Positions 8,420-23,201 are shown, counted from the stretch's first letter. The stretch: DNA of 64,000 nt from an uncultured Gemmatimonadales bacterium (GCA_963708135.1 OY970192.1:4608001-4672000); one strand, 5' to 3'. Program-made: numbers and translations. Notes: generated by a model not told the origin, from the sequence alone.

Positions 8420-9106
8420 ATGGCTCGACTGACCTGGCACGGGCACAGCTGCTTCCTGCTGGAGACCGGGGGGAACCGGATCCTGTTCGACCCCTGGCTG
8501 GACGAGAATCCGGCGGCGGACATCGGGACCGACCAGATCGGTGAGCTGGACTTCCTGCTGGTGAGCCATGGGCACTGGGACCATTTCGCGGACGGCATCA
8601 AGCTGGCGAAGCAAACGGGCGCCATGCTGTGCGGGACCTTCGAGCTGGTCTCTTTCGCGCAGTCGCAGGGAGTGGAATCGGCCCACCCGATGCACATCGG
8701 CGGCGGCTTCCGGTTCCCGTTCGGCTACGCCAAGCTGACGCCCGCGCTCCACGGCGGGCAGGTGGCCGGCGACGAGGAGGGCGCCTACACGACGATGCCG
8801 GCCGGCTGGTGGCTGGATCTCGATGAAGGCAAGCGACTGTACCACGCGGGTGACACGGCGCTGTTGATGGAGATGCAGCTGCTCAAGGGGAAGGTCGACG
8901 TGGCGCTGCTGCCGATCGGGGACAATTTCACGATGGGCCCGGAGGACGCGGCCACGGCCGTGGAGTTTATCGAGCCGAAGGTCGTGATCCCGATGCACTA
9001 CGGTACGTTCGACGTGATCAAGCAGGACCCGCACGCCTTCGCGGCGCGCGTGGGCGAGCGGGCACAGGTGGTGGTCCTGGAGCCGGGACAGAGCTACGAG
9101 TTCTGA
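8420..9106 (+). CDS. Metal-dependent hydrolase, metallo-beta-lactamase fold (UPF0173-like)
   Basis: LTWHGHSCF, SHGHWDH, YHAGDT, LLPIGDNFTMGPEDA, IPMHYGTF. Confidence 0.92.
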   Translation: MARLTWHGHSCFLLETGGNRILFDPWLDENPAADIGTDQIGELDFLLVSHGHWDHFADGIKLAKQTGAMLCGTFELVSFAQSQGVESAHPMHIGGGFRFPFGYAKLTPALHGGQVAGDEEGAYTTMPAGWWLDLDEGKRLYHAGDTALLMEMQLLKGKVDVALLPIGDNFTMGPEDAATAVEFIEPKVVIPMHYGTFDVIKQDPHAFAARVGERAQVVVLEPGQSYEF

Positions 9107-9188
9107 GCGGCGGCGGGGCAGCGGCGCGGCCGGGCCGGGGCGACTCTCGCCCGGCGGGCCGCGGGAACGCTGCCGGCCGGCTGGATCG

Positions 9189-9235
9189 CGCTCTCCGGAG
9201 CCGGGGCATGCGCCCGGATCCGGGGAGCGTTTTTT
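9189..9235 (+). terminator. Intrinsic terminator between the MBL hydrolase and gcvP
   Basis: CGCTCTCCGGA...TCCGGGGAGCG stem followed by six T (9230-9235). Confidence 0.65.
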
Positions 9236-9349
9236 CTGGCTCCGGCGGGACGCACACGAGGAGTCCGCCGGCCGCCCCTGGTGCGCCGGCACGAGGGTGG
9301 GCCGGAGTGCGGCCGCCCGCACGCAACCGATCGAGCACGGACGGCGAAG

Positions 9350-12222
<2,873 letters not shown>

Positions 12223-12226
<4 letters not shown>

Positions 12227-13044
12227 ACGCATCCGGGGGAGCGTGGCGCCTGGTGCGGCCCCGCTCCCCGGGCCCCCGCCCCGGCGCGCAGCACATGGCC
12301 GTGGACCAGGCGCTGCTCGAGAGCGTCGGGGCCGGTGAGCCGCCCGCGCTGCGCTTCTACACCTGGGAGCCGCCCTGCCTCTCCTTCGGCCGCAACCAGC
12401 CGGCGGCCGGCCTCTACGACCCGGAGCGGGCCCGGGCGCGCGGGATCGACCTCGTGCGGCGCCCGACCGGCGGCCGCGCGGTCTACCACCACCAGGAGCT
12501 GACGTACGCCGTCGCGGTGCCCACCGGTATGCTCGGCTCCCCGCGCGAGACCTATGCCGCCGTGAACGCCGCGCTGATCGCGGGGCTCCGGCGGCTGGGC
12601 ATCCCGGCAGCGCTCGCCGGAGCGGCCCCGGTGCGGGCGGCCGTCGCGGTGGGGGCGCCGCTGGGCGTGGCTCCGTGCTTCGAGGCGGCGATGCCGGGGG
12701 AGGTGGTGGTGGGTGGCCGCAAGCTGGTGGGGAGCGCGCAGCGCCGGGAGGGGGGCGCGTTCCTGCAGCACGGCTCCATCCTCCTCGCCGGCTCGCAGGC
12801 GGCCGCGGTGGAGCTGCTCCGGCCGGGCGCGGCGGCAGTTGCAGCGGCACCGCCGCCGGCCACGCTCGCCGAGGTCCTCGGCGTGGCTCCCTCCCCGGCG
12901 GCGCTCGAGGCGGCGCTCGTCGAGGGGTGGCAGGAGGCCACCGGCACCCGTCTTGCGCCCACGCCGCTCTCTCTCGCGGAGCGGCTGCGGGCCGACGCGC
13001 TGGTGGCGCAGTTCGGGTCGGACGCGTGGACGTGGCGCCGGTGA
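12223..13044 (+). CDS. Lipoate-protein ligase / octanoyltransferase (LipM/LplA family)
   Basis: [61 protein letters not shown]; overlaps the gcvP stop. Confidence 0.92.
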
Positions 13045-13065
13045 TCGAACGAACACCATAGGGGG

Positions 13066-14727
13066 ATGACGGGAATGCCCAGGAAGCAGCTGTGTGGTCG
13101 GGTGGGGCTGCTGGCGGTGCTGGCTCCGGCGCTCCTGTGGGCGTGCGGCGGAGAGAAGAAACCCCCGTCCGACGAGACGAAGACTGGCGCGGGCGGAGCG
13201 GACCAGGGCGGCACGTTGGTGGTCGGGATGCGGACCGATTTCGGCGGGTTCAATCCGATCACGAACGTGGATCAGTATACGGACGAGCTGATCAAGTACG
13301 CGCTGTTCACGCCGCTGATCCAGCACGACAGGGAGTTGAAGGCCACGCCGTGGCTGGCCGAGAAGTGGGAGATGACAGGCGACACCGGCGTCGTCTTCGA
13401 TCTGCGCCACGACGTGTACTGGAGCGACGGGCAGAAGCTCACGGCCGAGGACGTGAAGTTCACGTTCGACCTGGCCAAGAACCCGGTGACCGCGTCGCTG
13501 CTCGCGTCGGCCTACCTGGAGAACGTGGATCGCGCGGAGGTGGAGGACTCCTTCACGGTCCGCTTCCACTTCTCCCGCCCGCACGCCCAGGCGATCGAGG
13601 ACTTCTGGTGGGCGCCGGTTCCGAAGCACGTGCTGGAGAAGGTCGCGCCGGCCGACCTGCGCAACGCCGCCTTCAACCGCAATCCGGTGGGGAGCGGGCC
13701 GTACCACCTCGGCGAGTGGCGGGCCAACGACCGTCTCGTGCTGGACCGGGAGATGCTCTTCCCGAAGGCGCTCGGCGGGCCGCCGCCGCTCGACCGGGTG
13801 GTCTTCAGGATCGTCCCGGAGCCGTCCACGATCCTGACGGAGCTCCTGTCGGCCGGGATCCAGGTCGACATCCCGCTCACCCCGGAGCAGGTCGCGCAGG
13901 TCGAGCGGAACGCGGCGGACACCGTGTTCGCGTACCCCAGCCGGACGGTCTACTTCATCGCGTGGAACAACCAGAGGCCGCCGTTCAACGATCCCGCGAT
14001 CCGGCGCGCGATGACGTACGCCATCGACCGCGAGCAGGTCGTGAAGGCGATGCTCGCCGGGCACGGCGAGGTGGCGGACGGGCCGATTCCGCCGTGGAGC
14101 CCGCTATTCCCAAAGGTGAAGCCGCTGCCGTACGACCAGCGACAGGCGGAGCAACTGCTGCAGAAGGCCGGCTGGGTGGACCGGAACGGCGACGGCATTC
14201 GCGAGAACGCGCAGGGGCAGGCGTTCGAGTTTACGCTGCTGACGAGCAACAGCCCGCTCACGAAGGGCGTGGCGGAGGTGGTGCAGGCGCTGCTCAAGGG
14301 CGTGGGCGTGAAGGCGGACATCCAGGTGCTGGAGTTCCAGACCTTCCTGCAGCAGTACAAGGCGCGGAAGTTCGACGCGGTCTTCGCAAACTGGGTGCTG
14401 GACAACTTCCAGGTCGGCTCGGCGCCGTACGCGCTCTTCAGCTCGAAGCTGGCCGCAGTGCCGCTGTCGTCGAACCGCGCGGGCGTGCAAAGCGCGAAGC
14501 TGGACCAGCTCATGACGAAGGCCTCCTCCGAGACGGATCCAGGGGCTGCCAGGGGGGCGTGGGGCGACTTCGTGAAGGAGCTGGAGAACGAGCAGCCGTT
14601 CACGTTCATGTTCTGGCTGGATGAGCTGGCCGCCTCGGATCGGCGGGTGCACGGGGTCGTGATGGACCCGCGTGGCGAGATGCAGTCCGTGGCGCGGTGG
14701 TGGGTCTCCGGCGGCCGGATCCGCTGA
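13066..14727 (+). CDS. Peptide ABC transporter substrate-binding lipoprotein (OppA/DppA family 5)
   Basis: Lipobox LWAC; PWLAEKW, WSDGQKLTAEDVKFTF, PVGSGPY, IRRAMTYAIDR. Confidence 0.93.
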   Translation: MTGMPRKQLCGRVGLLAVLAPALLWACGGEKKPPSDETKTGAGGADQGGTLVVGMRTDFGGFNPITNVDQYTDELIKYALFTPLIQHDRELKATPWLAEKWEMTGDTGVVFDLRHDVYWSDGQKLTAEDVKFTFDLAKNPVTASLLASAYLENVDRAEVEDSFTVRFHFSRPHAQAIEDFWWAPVPKHVLEKVAPADLRNAAFNRNPVGSGPYHLGEWRANDRLVLDREMLFPKALGGPPPLDRVVFRIVPEPSTILTELLSAGIQVDIPLTPEQVAQVERNAADTVFAYPSRTVYFIAWNNQRPPFNDPAIRRAMTYAIDREQVVKAMLAGHGEVADGPIPPWSPLFPKVKPLPYDQRQAEQLLQKAGWVDRNGDGIRENAQGQAFEFTLLTSNSPLTKGVAEVVQALLKGVGVKADIQVLEFQTFLQQYKARKFDAVFANWVLDNFQVGSAPYALFSSKLAAVPLSSNRAGVQSAKLDQLMTKASSETDPGAARGAWGDFVKELENEQPFTFMFWLDELAASDRRVHGVVMDPRGEMQSVARWWVSGGRIR

Positions 14728-14748
14728 CCGCCCCGGCCCCGCGGAGCC

Positions 14749-15732
14749 ATGGGCAAGTTCCTGCTGCGCCGACTCCTGGGAGCGATCCCGCTCCTGCTGG
14801 GCGTGGCCACCCTGATCTTCTTCGTGCTGAACCTGGCGCCGGGGGACCCCGCTGCGCTGTTCAGCAATCCGAACGTGCCGGCCTCGGTGATCGCGCAGAT
14901 CCACCGCAACCTGGGGCTGGACCAGCCGATCTACATCCGCTACGTGAAGTGGCTGCTCGCCTTCCTGAGCGGCAACTTCGGCTACTCCTTCGCGCAGGGG
15001 CGGCCGGTGCTGGCGATCATCCTCGAGGCGCTGCCCAACACGTTGATCCTGGCGGCGTGCACGCTCGTGCTCGTGTTCGTGGCGGGCGTGGCGATCGGGG
15101 TCCTCCAGTCGGTGCGGCAGCACACCTGGACGGACGGGATCCTGAGCGTGCTCTCGCTCTTCTTCTACTCCATGCCATCCTTCTGGCTCGGCCTCATGCT
15201 CATGCTGCTCTTTGCGCTGAAGGCGCACCAGTGGGGGTGGCCGGTCTCGCTGCCGCCGACGGGCATGACCAGCGTGGACTACGATTACCTGAGCACCGGC
15301 CAGCAGATTCTCGACCGGCTCGTGCACCTCATCCTGCCCACGGTGACGCTGACCCTGGTGCTCGCCGCCGGGATCGCGCGCTACACGCGCGGGCAGATGC
15401 TGGAGGTGATCCGGCAGGACTACATCCGGACCGCGCGAGCCAAGGGCCTGCCGGAGCGAACGGTCATCCTGAAGCACGCGCTGCGCAACTCCCTGATCCC
15501 GGTCATCACGCTGCTCGGGCTCTACCTGCCGCTGCTCTTCAGCGGCGCCGTTTTCGTGGAGGTGATCTTCTCCTGGCCCGGCATGGGCCGGGTCATCGTG
15601 GATGCGATCACCGAGCGCGACTACCCGCTGGTCATGGCGACGAGCTTCATCTTCGCCGCGCTCACCATCTTCGGGAACCTGCTCGCGGACGTGCTGTACG
15701 CCGTGGCGGACCCGCGCATCGGGTACGACTAG
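14749..15732 (+). CDS. Peptide ABC transporter permease (OppB/DppB)
   Basis: LGLDQPIYIRY, DYIRTARAKGL, HALRNSLIPVIT, FSWPGMG, ADPRI. Confidence 0.95.
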   Translation: MGKFLLRRLLGAIPLLLGVATLIFFVLNLAPGDPAALFSNPNVPASVIAQIHRNLGLDQPIYIRYVKWLLAFLSGNFGYSFAQGRPVLAIILEALPNTLILAACTLVLVFVAGVAIGVLQSVRQHTWTDGILSVLSLFFYSMPSFWLGLMLMLLFALKAHQWGWPVSLPPTGMTSVDYDYLSTGQQILDRLVHLILPTVTLTLVLAAGIARYTRGQMLEVIRQDYIRTARAKGLPERTVILKHALRNSLIPVITLLGLYLPLLFSGAVFVEVIFSWPGMGRVIVDAITERDYPLVMATSFIFAALTIFGNLLADVLYAVADPRIGYD

Positions 15733-15736
15733 CGCG

Positions 15737-16978
15737 ATGGCCGAGCCTCCCCGCCACGTCCTGAGCGACCCCGAGTCGGCGCCGCCCGAGCCAATCCCCA
15801 TCCCCGCGGAAGCCACGGAGCCGGCCGCGGTGGAGGCCACGCCACGCCCGGCGCCGGCGTGGGCGCTGCTCGTGTCCGTCCTGCTGCCGGGGGGCGGGCA
15901 GCTGGCGCTCGGGGCCTGGGGGACCGGCGTGGCGCTCCTTCTCTCGTGGGGGTTCCTGCTGGCGATCGCGTTCCTCGGGCGAAGCCGCTTCTTCTGGCAG
16001 CTGCCGCGCGCGACGACACAGGACTACGTCGCCGCCGGGGCCCTTTTCCTGACCATGGCGCTGGTCTGGGGATGGGCGCTCTGGGACCTGGCGACGGCCG
16101 CCGCCCGGGGCGCGCGCGAGCGCGGCGACTCGCAGTGGCGGATCGCGGCCCGCCGCTTCCGCAAGAGCCGCCTGGCCGTCGCGGGGGTGGGCATCGTCGG
16201 GCTACTCTACGCCGTGGCGCTCATGGCGCCGCTGCTCGCGCCGTACGACCCGATCGCGCAGCCCGCCGACATCGCGGCGAACAGCTATCTCGGGCCACTG
16301 GCCAGCGGCCACCTGCTCGGCACGGACCAGTTCGGGCGCGACGTGCTCAGCCGGATCGTCTTCGGCGCGCGGATCTCGCTTTCGATCGGCTTCATCGCCA
16401 CCGCGATCAGCATCTCGCTGGGCACGCTGATCGGCGCCGTCGCCGGCTATTTCGGGCACCGGATCGACGCGGCGCTCATGCGCTTCACGGACATGGTGCT
16501 GGCGTTCCCCCGCCTGGTGCTGCTGATCCTGATCGTCGCCCTCTTCAGCCCCTCGATCGCCGTGATCATCGCGGTGCTCGGGCTCACGCAGTGGCCGGGT
16601 ACCACGCGCATCGTGCGGGGCGAGGTGCTCAGCCTGCGCGAGCGGGAGTACGTACAGGCGGCGCGGGCGCTGGGCTTCGGGCGCGCCCGGATCATCTTCC
16701 GGCACCTGATCCCGAACGTGCTGGCGCCGGTGATCGTCACGGCCACGCTGGGGATCGGCAACACGATCGTGCTGGAGGCGGGGCTCTCCTTCCTCGGGCT
16801 CGGCGTGCAGGCGCCCACGCCCTCGTGGGGCAGCATGGTGGCGGACGGCCGGCAGAACCTGATCGGCGCGTGGTGGGTGGCCACCTTCCCCGGGCTCGCG
16901 ATCGTGCTGACCGTGCTGGCCTTCAACCTCGTGGGCGATGCGCTGCGGGATGCGCTCGACCCGCGCCTGAGGACGTGA
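15737..16978 (+). CDS. Peptide ABC transporter permease (OppC/DppC) with N-terminal membrane extension
   Basis: [57 protein letters not shown]. Confidence 0.93.
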   Translation: MAEPPRHVLSDPESAPPEPIPIPAEATEPAAVEATPRPAPAWALLVSVLLPGGGQLALGAWGTGVALLLSWGFLLAIAFLGRSRFFWQLPRATTQDYVAAGALFLTMALVWGWALWDLATAAARGARERGDSQWRIAARRFRKSRLAVAGVGIVGLLYAVALMAPLLAPYDPIAQPADIAANSYLGPLASGHLLGTDQFGRDVLSRIVFGARISLSIGFIATAISISLGTLIGAVAGYFGHRIDAALMRFTDMVLAFPRLVLLILIVALFSPSIAVIIAVLGLTQWPGTTRIVRGEVLSLREREYVQAARALGFGRARIIFRHLIPNVLAPVIVTATLGIGNTIVLEAGLSFLGLGVQAPTPSWGSMVADGRQNLIGAWWVATFPGLAIVLTVLAFNLVGDALRDALDPRLRT

Positions 16979-18141
16979 TGCCGCTGCTCGAGGTGAAGGA
17001 CCTGCGCACCTGGTTCCGCACGGACGCGGGCGTGGCGCGGGCGGTGGACGGCGTCTCGTTCCACGTGGAGAAGGGGGAGATGCTCGGCATCGTGGGCGAG
17101 AGCGGCTCCGGCAAGTCGGTGACGTCGCTGTCGATCATGCGCCTGGTGCCACGGCCCCCCGGCGAGATCCTGGAGGGCAGCTCGATCCGGCTCAAGGGCG
17201 TGGAGCTGCTGGCTCTGCCGGAGCGGCGGATGCGGGAGGTCCGCGGCGATGACATCGCCATGATCTTCCAGGAGCCGATGACCTCGCTGAACCCGGTCTT
17301 TGCCGTGGGGGACCAGATCGCGGAGGCGCTGCGGCTGCACCGGAAGCTCGGCCGGGCCGAGGCGCGCGCGCGGGCCGTCGAGCTGCTCGGCCTGGTGGGG
17401 ATCCCCGATCCCGGCCAGCGCGTGGACTCCTACCCGCACGAGCTTTCCGGCGGCCAGCGCCAGCGGGTGATGATCGCGATGGCGCTGGCGTGCGATCCGG
17501 AGCTGCTCATCGCGGACGAGCCGACGACGGCGCTGGACGTCACGATCCAGGCGCAGATCCTCGAGCTGCTGGCGGAGCTGCGCGCGCGCCTCGGGATGGC
17601 GGTCGTACTGATCACGCACGACCTCGGCGTCGTGGCGGAGGTGTGCGACCGGGTCGTCGTCATGTACGGCGGCCAGGTGGTGGAGGAGGGGCCCGTGGAG
17701 GCGATCTTCCGCGAGCCGCGCCATCCCTACACCGAGGGACTCCTGGCGTCGATCCCCCGCCTCGGCCACCGCGCGGAGCGGCTCGCCGTCATCCCCGGTA
17801 CGGTGCCGAACCCGACGCGGCTCCCGCCCGGGTGCCGCTTCCATACGCGCTGTCCCTTCGGCTGGGACCGCTGCGTCCGCGAGGAGCCGGCCCTCTTCGA
17901 GGTGGCGGCGGGCCGGCGCTCGCGCTGCTGGCTGGAGCGCGAGCCGGAGCGCGCCGCCGCGCGCGGCGATTTCCGCGCGGCGGCCGCGCGCGAGGAGGCG
18001 GCTGGGATCGCGCCCGCGGAGGCGTGGCACCGCCGGGCGCGCGCGGAAGGCGACGTCGCCGCGCCGGAGCCATCGCCTCCCGAAGGCCCTGCGCCGCCGC
18101 GGCCCGCCGGCGAGCCCGAGCCGGGCCCGGAGGTCGACTGA
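16978..18141 (+). CDS. Peptide ABC transporter ATP-binding protein (OppD/DppD)
   Basis: [39 protein letters not shown] coupling with the upstream gene. Confidence 0.95.
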   Translation: MPLLEVKDLRTWFRTDAGVARAVDGVSFHVEKGEMLGIVGESGSGKSVTSLSIMRLVPRPPGEILEGSSIRLKGVELLALPERRMREVRGDDIAMIFQEPMTSLNPVFAVGDQIAEALRLHRKLGRAEARARAVELLGLVGIPDPGQRVDSYPHELSGGQRQRVMIAMALACDPELLIADEPTTALDVTIQAQILELLAELRARLGMAVVLITHDLGVVAEVCDRVVVMYGGQVVEEGPVEAIFREPRHPYTEGLLASIPRLGHRAERLAVIPGTVPNPTRLPPGCRFHTRCPFGWDRCVREEPALFEVAAGRRSRCWLEREPERAAARGDFRAAAAREEAAGIAPAEAWHRRARAEGDVAAPEPSPPEGPAPPRPAGEPEPGPEVD

Positions 18142-19241
18142 TGGCGGGCGAGTTGCCGGCCGCCACGCTGCCGCCCGCGAAGGGGGACAGCGACGTGCGC
18201 GGCGCGACGCCGGACTCGCTGCCGCCGCCGGAGGACGCGCTGGTGGTGGTGCGCGGTCTGCGCAAGCACTTCCCGATCCGGCGCGGCTTCTTCGGCCGGC
18301 CGGTGGGCGCGGTGCGGGCGGTGGACGGCGTGACGTTCGCCGTGCGGCGGGGCGAGACGCTCGGGCTGGTGGGGGAGTCCGGCTCGGGCAAGACGACGAC
18401 CGGGCGGACGCTTCTGCGGCTGATCGAGCCGAGCGGCGGCGAGGTCCGCTTCGACGGCGCGCCGGTGTTCGATCTCGAGCGCGAGGCGCTGCGTCAGGTC
18501 CGCCGGCGAGCGCAGATCGTCTTCCAGGACCCCTACGGCTCGCTGAACCCGCGCATGACCGTGGGGGACACGCTCCGCGAGGTGCTGCGCGTGCACCGGC
18601 TGGCGCGCGGGCGGGCGGCCGATGCGCGCGTCGAGGAGCTGCTCCGCACGGTCGGTCTCGCGCCCGAGCACGCGGCGCGCTACCCGCACGAGTTCAGCGG
18701 CGGACAGCGGCAGCGCATCGGGATCGCGCGGGCGCTCTCGGTCGCGCCCGAGTTCATCGTGTGCGATGAGCCGGTCTCGGCGCTGGACGTCTCGGTGCAG
18801 GCCCAGGTGCTGAACCTGCTGCAGGACCTGCAGGCGCGGCTCGGGCTGGCGTACCTCTTCATCGCCCACGACCTGAGCGTGGTCGAGCACGTGAGCGACC
18901 GGATCGCGGTCATGTACCTCGGCCGCATCGTCGAGCTCGGCGATGCCGCCGAGGTGGTCGCGCGGCCGCGGCATCCCTACACGCGGGCCCTGCTCTCGGC
19001 GGTGCCCGTCGCCGATCCGGCCGCGGCCGGGGAGCGGATCGTTCTGCCGGGGGACGTCCCGAGTCCCGCCGCGCCGCCCTCCGGCTGTCCGTTCCACCCG
19101 CGCTGCCCGCACCCGCTCAAGGACGCCGACTGCGCGGCCATCGTGCCGCCGCTCGCGGAGAAGGCACCCCGCCACTTCGCCGCGTGTATCAAAGAGGCCG
19201 CGTACGTCCCCGCGCTTGATGCGCCCGCCGGGACGGACTAG
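18141..19241 (+). CDS. Peptide ABC transporter ATP-binding protein (OppF/DppF)
   Basis: [49 protein letters not shown] coupling. Confidence 0.95.
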   Translation: MAGELPAATLPPAKGDSDVRGATPDSLPPPEDALVVVRGLRKHFPIRRGFFGRPVGAVRAVDGVTFAVRRGETLGLVGESGSGKTTTGRTLLRLIEPSGGEVRFDGAPVFDLEREALRQVRRRAQIVFQDPYGSLNPRMTVGDTLREVLRVHRLARGRAADARVEELLRTVGLAPEHAARYPHEFSGGQRQRIGIARALSVAPEFIVCDEPVSALDVSVQAQVLNLLQDLQARLGLAYLFIAHDLSVVEHVSDRIAVMYLGRIVELGDAAEVVARPRHPYTRALLSAVPVADPAAAGERIVLPGDVPSPAAPPSGCPFHPRCPHPLKDADCAAIVPPLAEKAPRHFAACIKEAAYVPALDAPAGTD

Positions 19242-19297
19242 CTTCGGTCAGCTCCCCGACGGAGCGATTCCCCCTGCCGACCACGGGCCCGCCCTCG

Positions 19298-20719
19298 ATG
19301 GCGAACCAGATTCTCGAAAGGATTGCGCGTCCCGCGACCGCGCGAGGGCGCGCGCGCGCACTCGCCGCGCTGCTGCTCGCCGGCGCCTCGTGCGGCGGGC
19401 GGCCCACCTCGCCCGCGCCCGAGGAAGGATCCGGGATCGCAAGGCCGATCGACGCCTACCGCCAGCTCGGGATGCTCACCGGCGGAGCCGATTTCCCGGG
19501 CGTGGCCAGCTTCTCCATGCTGGCCGGCCCCGCGGACTCGACCTACGTGGTCCTCGGGCTCTCGCTGCCCAACACCGCGCTGCGCTTCCAGCGGGACCGC
19601 GACGGATTCGTGGGCGAGTACGCCGTCGCCGTGACGTTCTCGCGCGATACGCAGGTCGTGAAGCGAGTGGAGCGGCGCGAGGCGGTGCGCATTCCGACGT
19701 TCTCCGAGACCGGCCGCACGGAGGAGAGCGTGGTGTTCCAGCAGATCGTCGCTCTCGAGCCGGGGCGCTATACGGTCGAGGTGCGCGTGCGCGACGGCTT
19801 CAGCCCGCGGGGCTTCACGGCCCACGACACCCTCGCCGTGCCCGCCTATGGCGCGCACGCGGCAAGGCTCGCCGCGGCGGTGGTCTACCAGGCGGAGGGG
19901 CGCCGCTCCCGGGACAGCATCCCCGAGCTGATCCTGAATCCGCGCCACGTGGTTCCGTTCGGCAGCGCCGCGCCGGGCGTTTACCTGGAGGGTTACGGCG
20001 TGCCCGCCGACACCGTCCTGCCGGTGCGGGTTGTGGACGGCTCCGGAAGGGTGGTCTGGGCGGGGAGCGCATCGCTGGACGCCGGCGGCGCTGCGCTGCG
20101 CCACGCGCTCGTCCGCGTGCCGCCCGACTCGCTGCCCCTCGGGAAGCTGTGGGTGGAGCTCGGCGCCGCGGCCGGCCCGCCCGTTCCCGCGGATGCGGAC
20201 GCGCGCGGGTCGGCCGGCCGAGAGCCGCTGCTGGTCTCCGTGTCCGAACAGTGGATGGTGGCCAACTTCGACGACATGCTGCAGTTCCTCCGCTACATCG
20301 CGCGGCCCGCGGAGCTGGACTCGCTGCGTCACGCGAGCGGGGCCGAGCGGCGCGAGCTCTGGGACGACTTCTGGGCCCGCCGCGACCCGATCCCGGCGAC
20401 GCCGGAGAACGAGTACCGGGATGCGTTCTTCGACCGCGTAAAGGTGGCCACGGAGCAGCTCGCGGAGCCGGCCGTCCCGGGCTGGCGGACGGACCGCGGG
20501 CGCGTCTACATCGTGCTCGGCCCGCCCGACGACGTCCACCGTCAGGAGGGCTCCGTGCCAGGCGGCGCCGCCGTGATCGAGTGGCTCTATGCCGGCGGCG
20601 CGGTGGGTCATGTGAACCTGACCTTCCTCGATCGCGACGGCTTCGGCCGCTTCAGGCTGGAGCCCGCCTCGGAGTCGGCGTTCCGCCAGGCCGCCGCGCG
20701 CCTCACGCCGAAGCATTGA
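19298..20719 (+). CDS. GWxTD domain-containing lipoprotein
   Basis: FWARRDPIPATPENEYRDAFFDRV ... PGWRTDRGRVYIVLGPPD; putative lipobox GASC. Confidence 0.9.
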   Translation: MANQILERIARPATARGRARALAALLLAGASCGGRPTSPAPEEGSGIARPIDAYRQLGMLTGGADFPGVASFSMLAGPADSTYVVLGLSLPNTALRFQRDRDGFVGEYAVAVTFSRDTQVVKRVERREAVRIPTFSETGRTEESVVFQQIVALEPGRYTVEVRVRDGFSPRGFTAHDTLAVPAYGAHAARLAAAVVYQAEGRRSRDSIPELILNPRHVVPFGSAAPGVYLEGYGVPADTVLPVRVVDGSGRVVWAGSASLDAGGAALRHALVRVPPDSLPLGKLWVELGAAAGPPVPADADARGSAGREPLLVSVSEQWMVANFDDMLQFLRYIARPAELDSLRHASGAERRELWDDFWARRDPIPATPENEYRDAFFDRVKVATEQLAEPAVPGWRTDRGRVYIVLGPPDDVHRQEGSVPGGAAVIEWLYAGGAVGHVNLTFLDRDGFGRFRLEPASESAFRQAAARLTPKH

Positions 20720-20822
20720 GAGCGCGCCGGCGCGGGCGCGCTCGTTGCGGAACGGCTCGACGGGACCCGTGCGCCAGAGCCCCGGGTAGGACCCTCCAGG
20801 ATTCCTCCGAACCGGATCTGGA

Positions 20823-23199
20823 ATGGTAGCGAAGTACGTCGGACTCCTCGTCCTGTTCGCGGCCGCCGCCGTCGCGCCGGCCGTGCTCCGTGTCCCGGAT
20901 CGGCCGGCCGCGAACGCCGCCGCCTCGCCTCCTGACGTACCGCGCGAGGCGCTCGAGGCCATGCAGCAGGGGCGCTACCTGCGCGCGAGCACGATCCTGC
21001 GGAGCTACCTGGCCGAGGTTCGCGACACCGCGCCGCGAACCGTCCTGCTGGCGGCCCGCGCGGAGGCCGGCTGGGGCAACTGGTCGCGCGTCTCCACGCT
21101 GCTCGACGGGCGCGGCTGGCTCGACTCGATCGAGAGCGGGGCCGGCTGGAACCTGCTCGGCCGCAGCCGCATCGCGCAGGGACAGTACACGGAGGGCAGC
21201 CGCGCGCTCGAACGCTACCTGCGCCTGGCCACGGCGGCGGGAGACCGCGAGCGCGGGATCGCGCAGGTCCGCCGCGGCCGCGCGCTGCAGCAGGCGGGTG
21301 AGGAGAAGGCGGCTCTGGAGGCGTACAGGGCCGCCGCCGGGAACCTGCCGCAGATCGGCGACTGGCTCTCGTTCCTCTCCGCCGAGGCGGCGGCCGGGGC
21401 GGGCGACACCGCCGCCGTGCGAGCCGGCCTCGCCGGGCTGCCGCCCGCGCTCTCGCGCGACCGTGGCTGGAGCATGCGCGTGGCCGCCCTCGACAAGGCG
21501 GGCGATACGCACGCGGCGCTCGAGGCGGCGCTCACCGCCGCCAACGAGGTGTCCGGCGCCTGGCGCCGCGCAGAGGCCTGGGAACGGGCCGGCGAGCTGC
21601 GCCTCGAGAGCGGCGACAGGACCGGAGCCCGCGAGGACTTCCGCCGCGCCATGGCGGCCGCGCCGCACGGCGATGCCGCCATCGACGCCGCCCGCCACCT
21701 CACCGACCTGCCGGGCCTCACACCGCAGGACCAGCTGGCGATCGGCCGGATCTACCTGCGTGCCGGCAACCTGGAGCGAGGCACCCGCGGGCTGGACGCC
21801 TACATGGCGTCCGGCGAGGCATCGGCCGCCGAGCGGCTCCGCATCCGCTACGACATCGCCGAGGCGCTCTTCCGCGCGGGACGCTACTCCCAGGCGGCGA
21901 GCGCGCTCCGCAAGGTGGCCGCAAGCACCAGCTCCGCCGCCACCGCGTCGGAGGCGCTCTACGACGCCGCACGCGCCGAGTACCGGCTCGGCCACACGAG
22001 CACCGCCCGTACGCAGCTCCGGCGCCTCGGCGAGCGCTATCGCGGGCGAGCGGCGGGCGTGCGCGCCTTGTGGCTGCTCGCCGACCTCGACCACGACGCC
22101 GGTCGCACGGCCGACGCCCGCGCGCTCTACCTTGCCGTCGTCCGCTCCGGCCTGGCCACGGACGAGGTGGGCAAGGCGTACATGCGCCTCGGCAGCCTGG
22201 CGTACCTTGCCGGCGACATGAAGGAGGCCGCCCGCATCTACGAGCAGTACCGGCACCGCTTCCCCAGCGGAGAGCGCGTCGAACGAGGCGACGTACTGGG
22301 CCGGCAAGGCCTACAGGCAGATGGGCCGGGACTCCCTCGCCCGCGCGCGCCTCGAGTCGCTGCGCCGCGACGGCTCCCTGTCCTACTACGGCGCGCGCGC
22401 CGCGGCGCTGCTCGACGAGCCGTTCTGGAGCATCCACCTCGAGCCGTCGCCTCCCGTCGATCCCGCGGTCGACGACCGCGTCGCCCATGGGCTGGACCGC
22501 GTGGACCTGCTGCAGGAGCTCGGGCTCTCCAGCGCCGCCGACTACGAGGTCGCGCGCCTGAAGGAGCACTTCACCACACCGGACGGCGCGCGCTACGCGC
22601 TCGCGGAGGCGCTGAACGAGCGCGGCTACACCGTGGACGGCATCCGGCTCGGTTGGGACATCCGCCGCCGCGAAGGTGCATGGAACGCACGGCTGCTCCG
22701 CATCATCTATCCCTTCCCCTACCGCGATATCGTGCTCGCCGAGGCACGCGAACGGAAGCTCGACCCCTACCTCGTGGCGGGCCTCATCCGGCAGGAGTCG
22801 CAGTTCAAGGCGGACGCCGTGAGCTCGGCCGGCGCCGTCGGCCTCATGCAGGTCATGCCCGGGACCGGCGGCCTCCTCGCCCGCCAGATGGGGATCCACC
22901 GATTCGACGCCGACATGCTCGAGCGCGCCGAGGTCAACCTCCACCTGGGCACCGCGTTCCTGGCCGACCTGCTCGACACCTACGGCGGCGACGTCCCCGC
23001 CGTGCTCGCCGCCTACAATGCGGGACCCAGCCGCATCGACCGCTGGAAGCAGTTCCCCGAATACCGCGATCCCGAGCTCTTCACGGAGCGGATCCCCTAC
23101 GACGAGACCCGCAACTACGTCAAGATCGTCCAGCGGAACGCCCGGATCTACGCCGCCCTCTACGAGAACCCGGCCGGCGGCGAGCGGAAGGGCGAATAG
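20823..23199 (+). pseudogene. Soluble lytic transglycosylase (Slt-like, TPR + SLT domain) split by a frameshift near 22275-22285 (pseudogene or sequencing error)
   Basis: The TPR part reads in one frame to YRHRFPSGER; the next frame continues SNEATYWAGKAY into the SLT domain (GLIRQESQF, GAVGLMQVMP, AAYNAGP, IPYDETRNYVK) ending at TAG 23199. Confidence 0.85.
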
Positions 23200-23201
23200 A
23201 G

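Noticed and set aside
9107..9349. Glycine riboswitch upstream of gcvP
   Set aside because: The GGAGA...CCGAAG...CTCTCAGG aptamer consensus is not visible; only a terminator hairpin is present.
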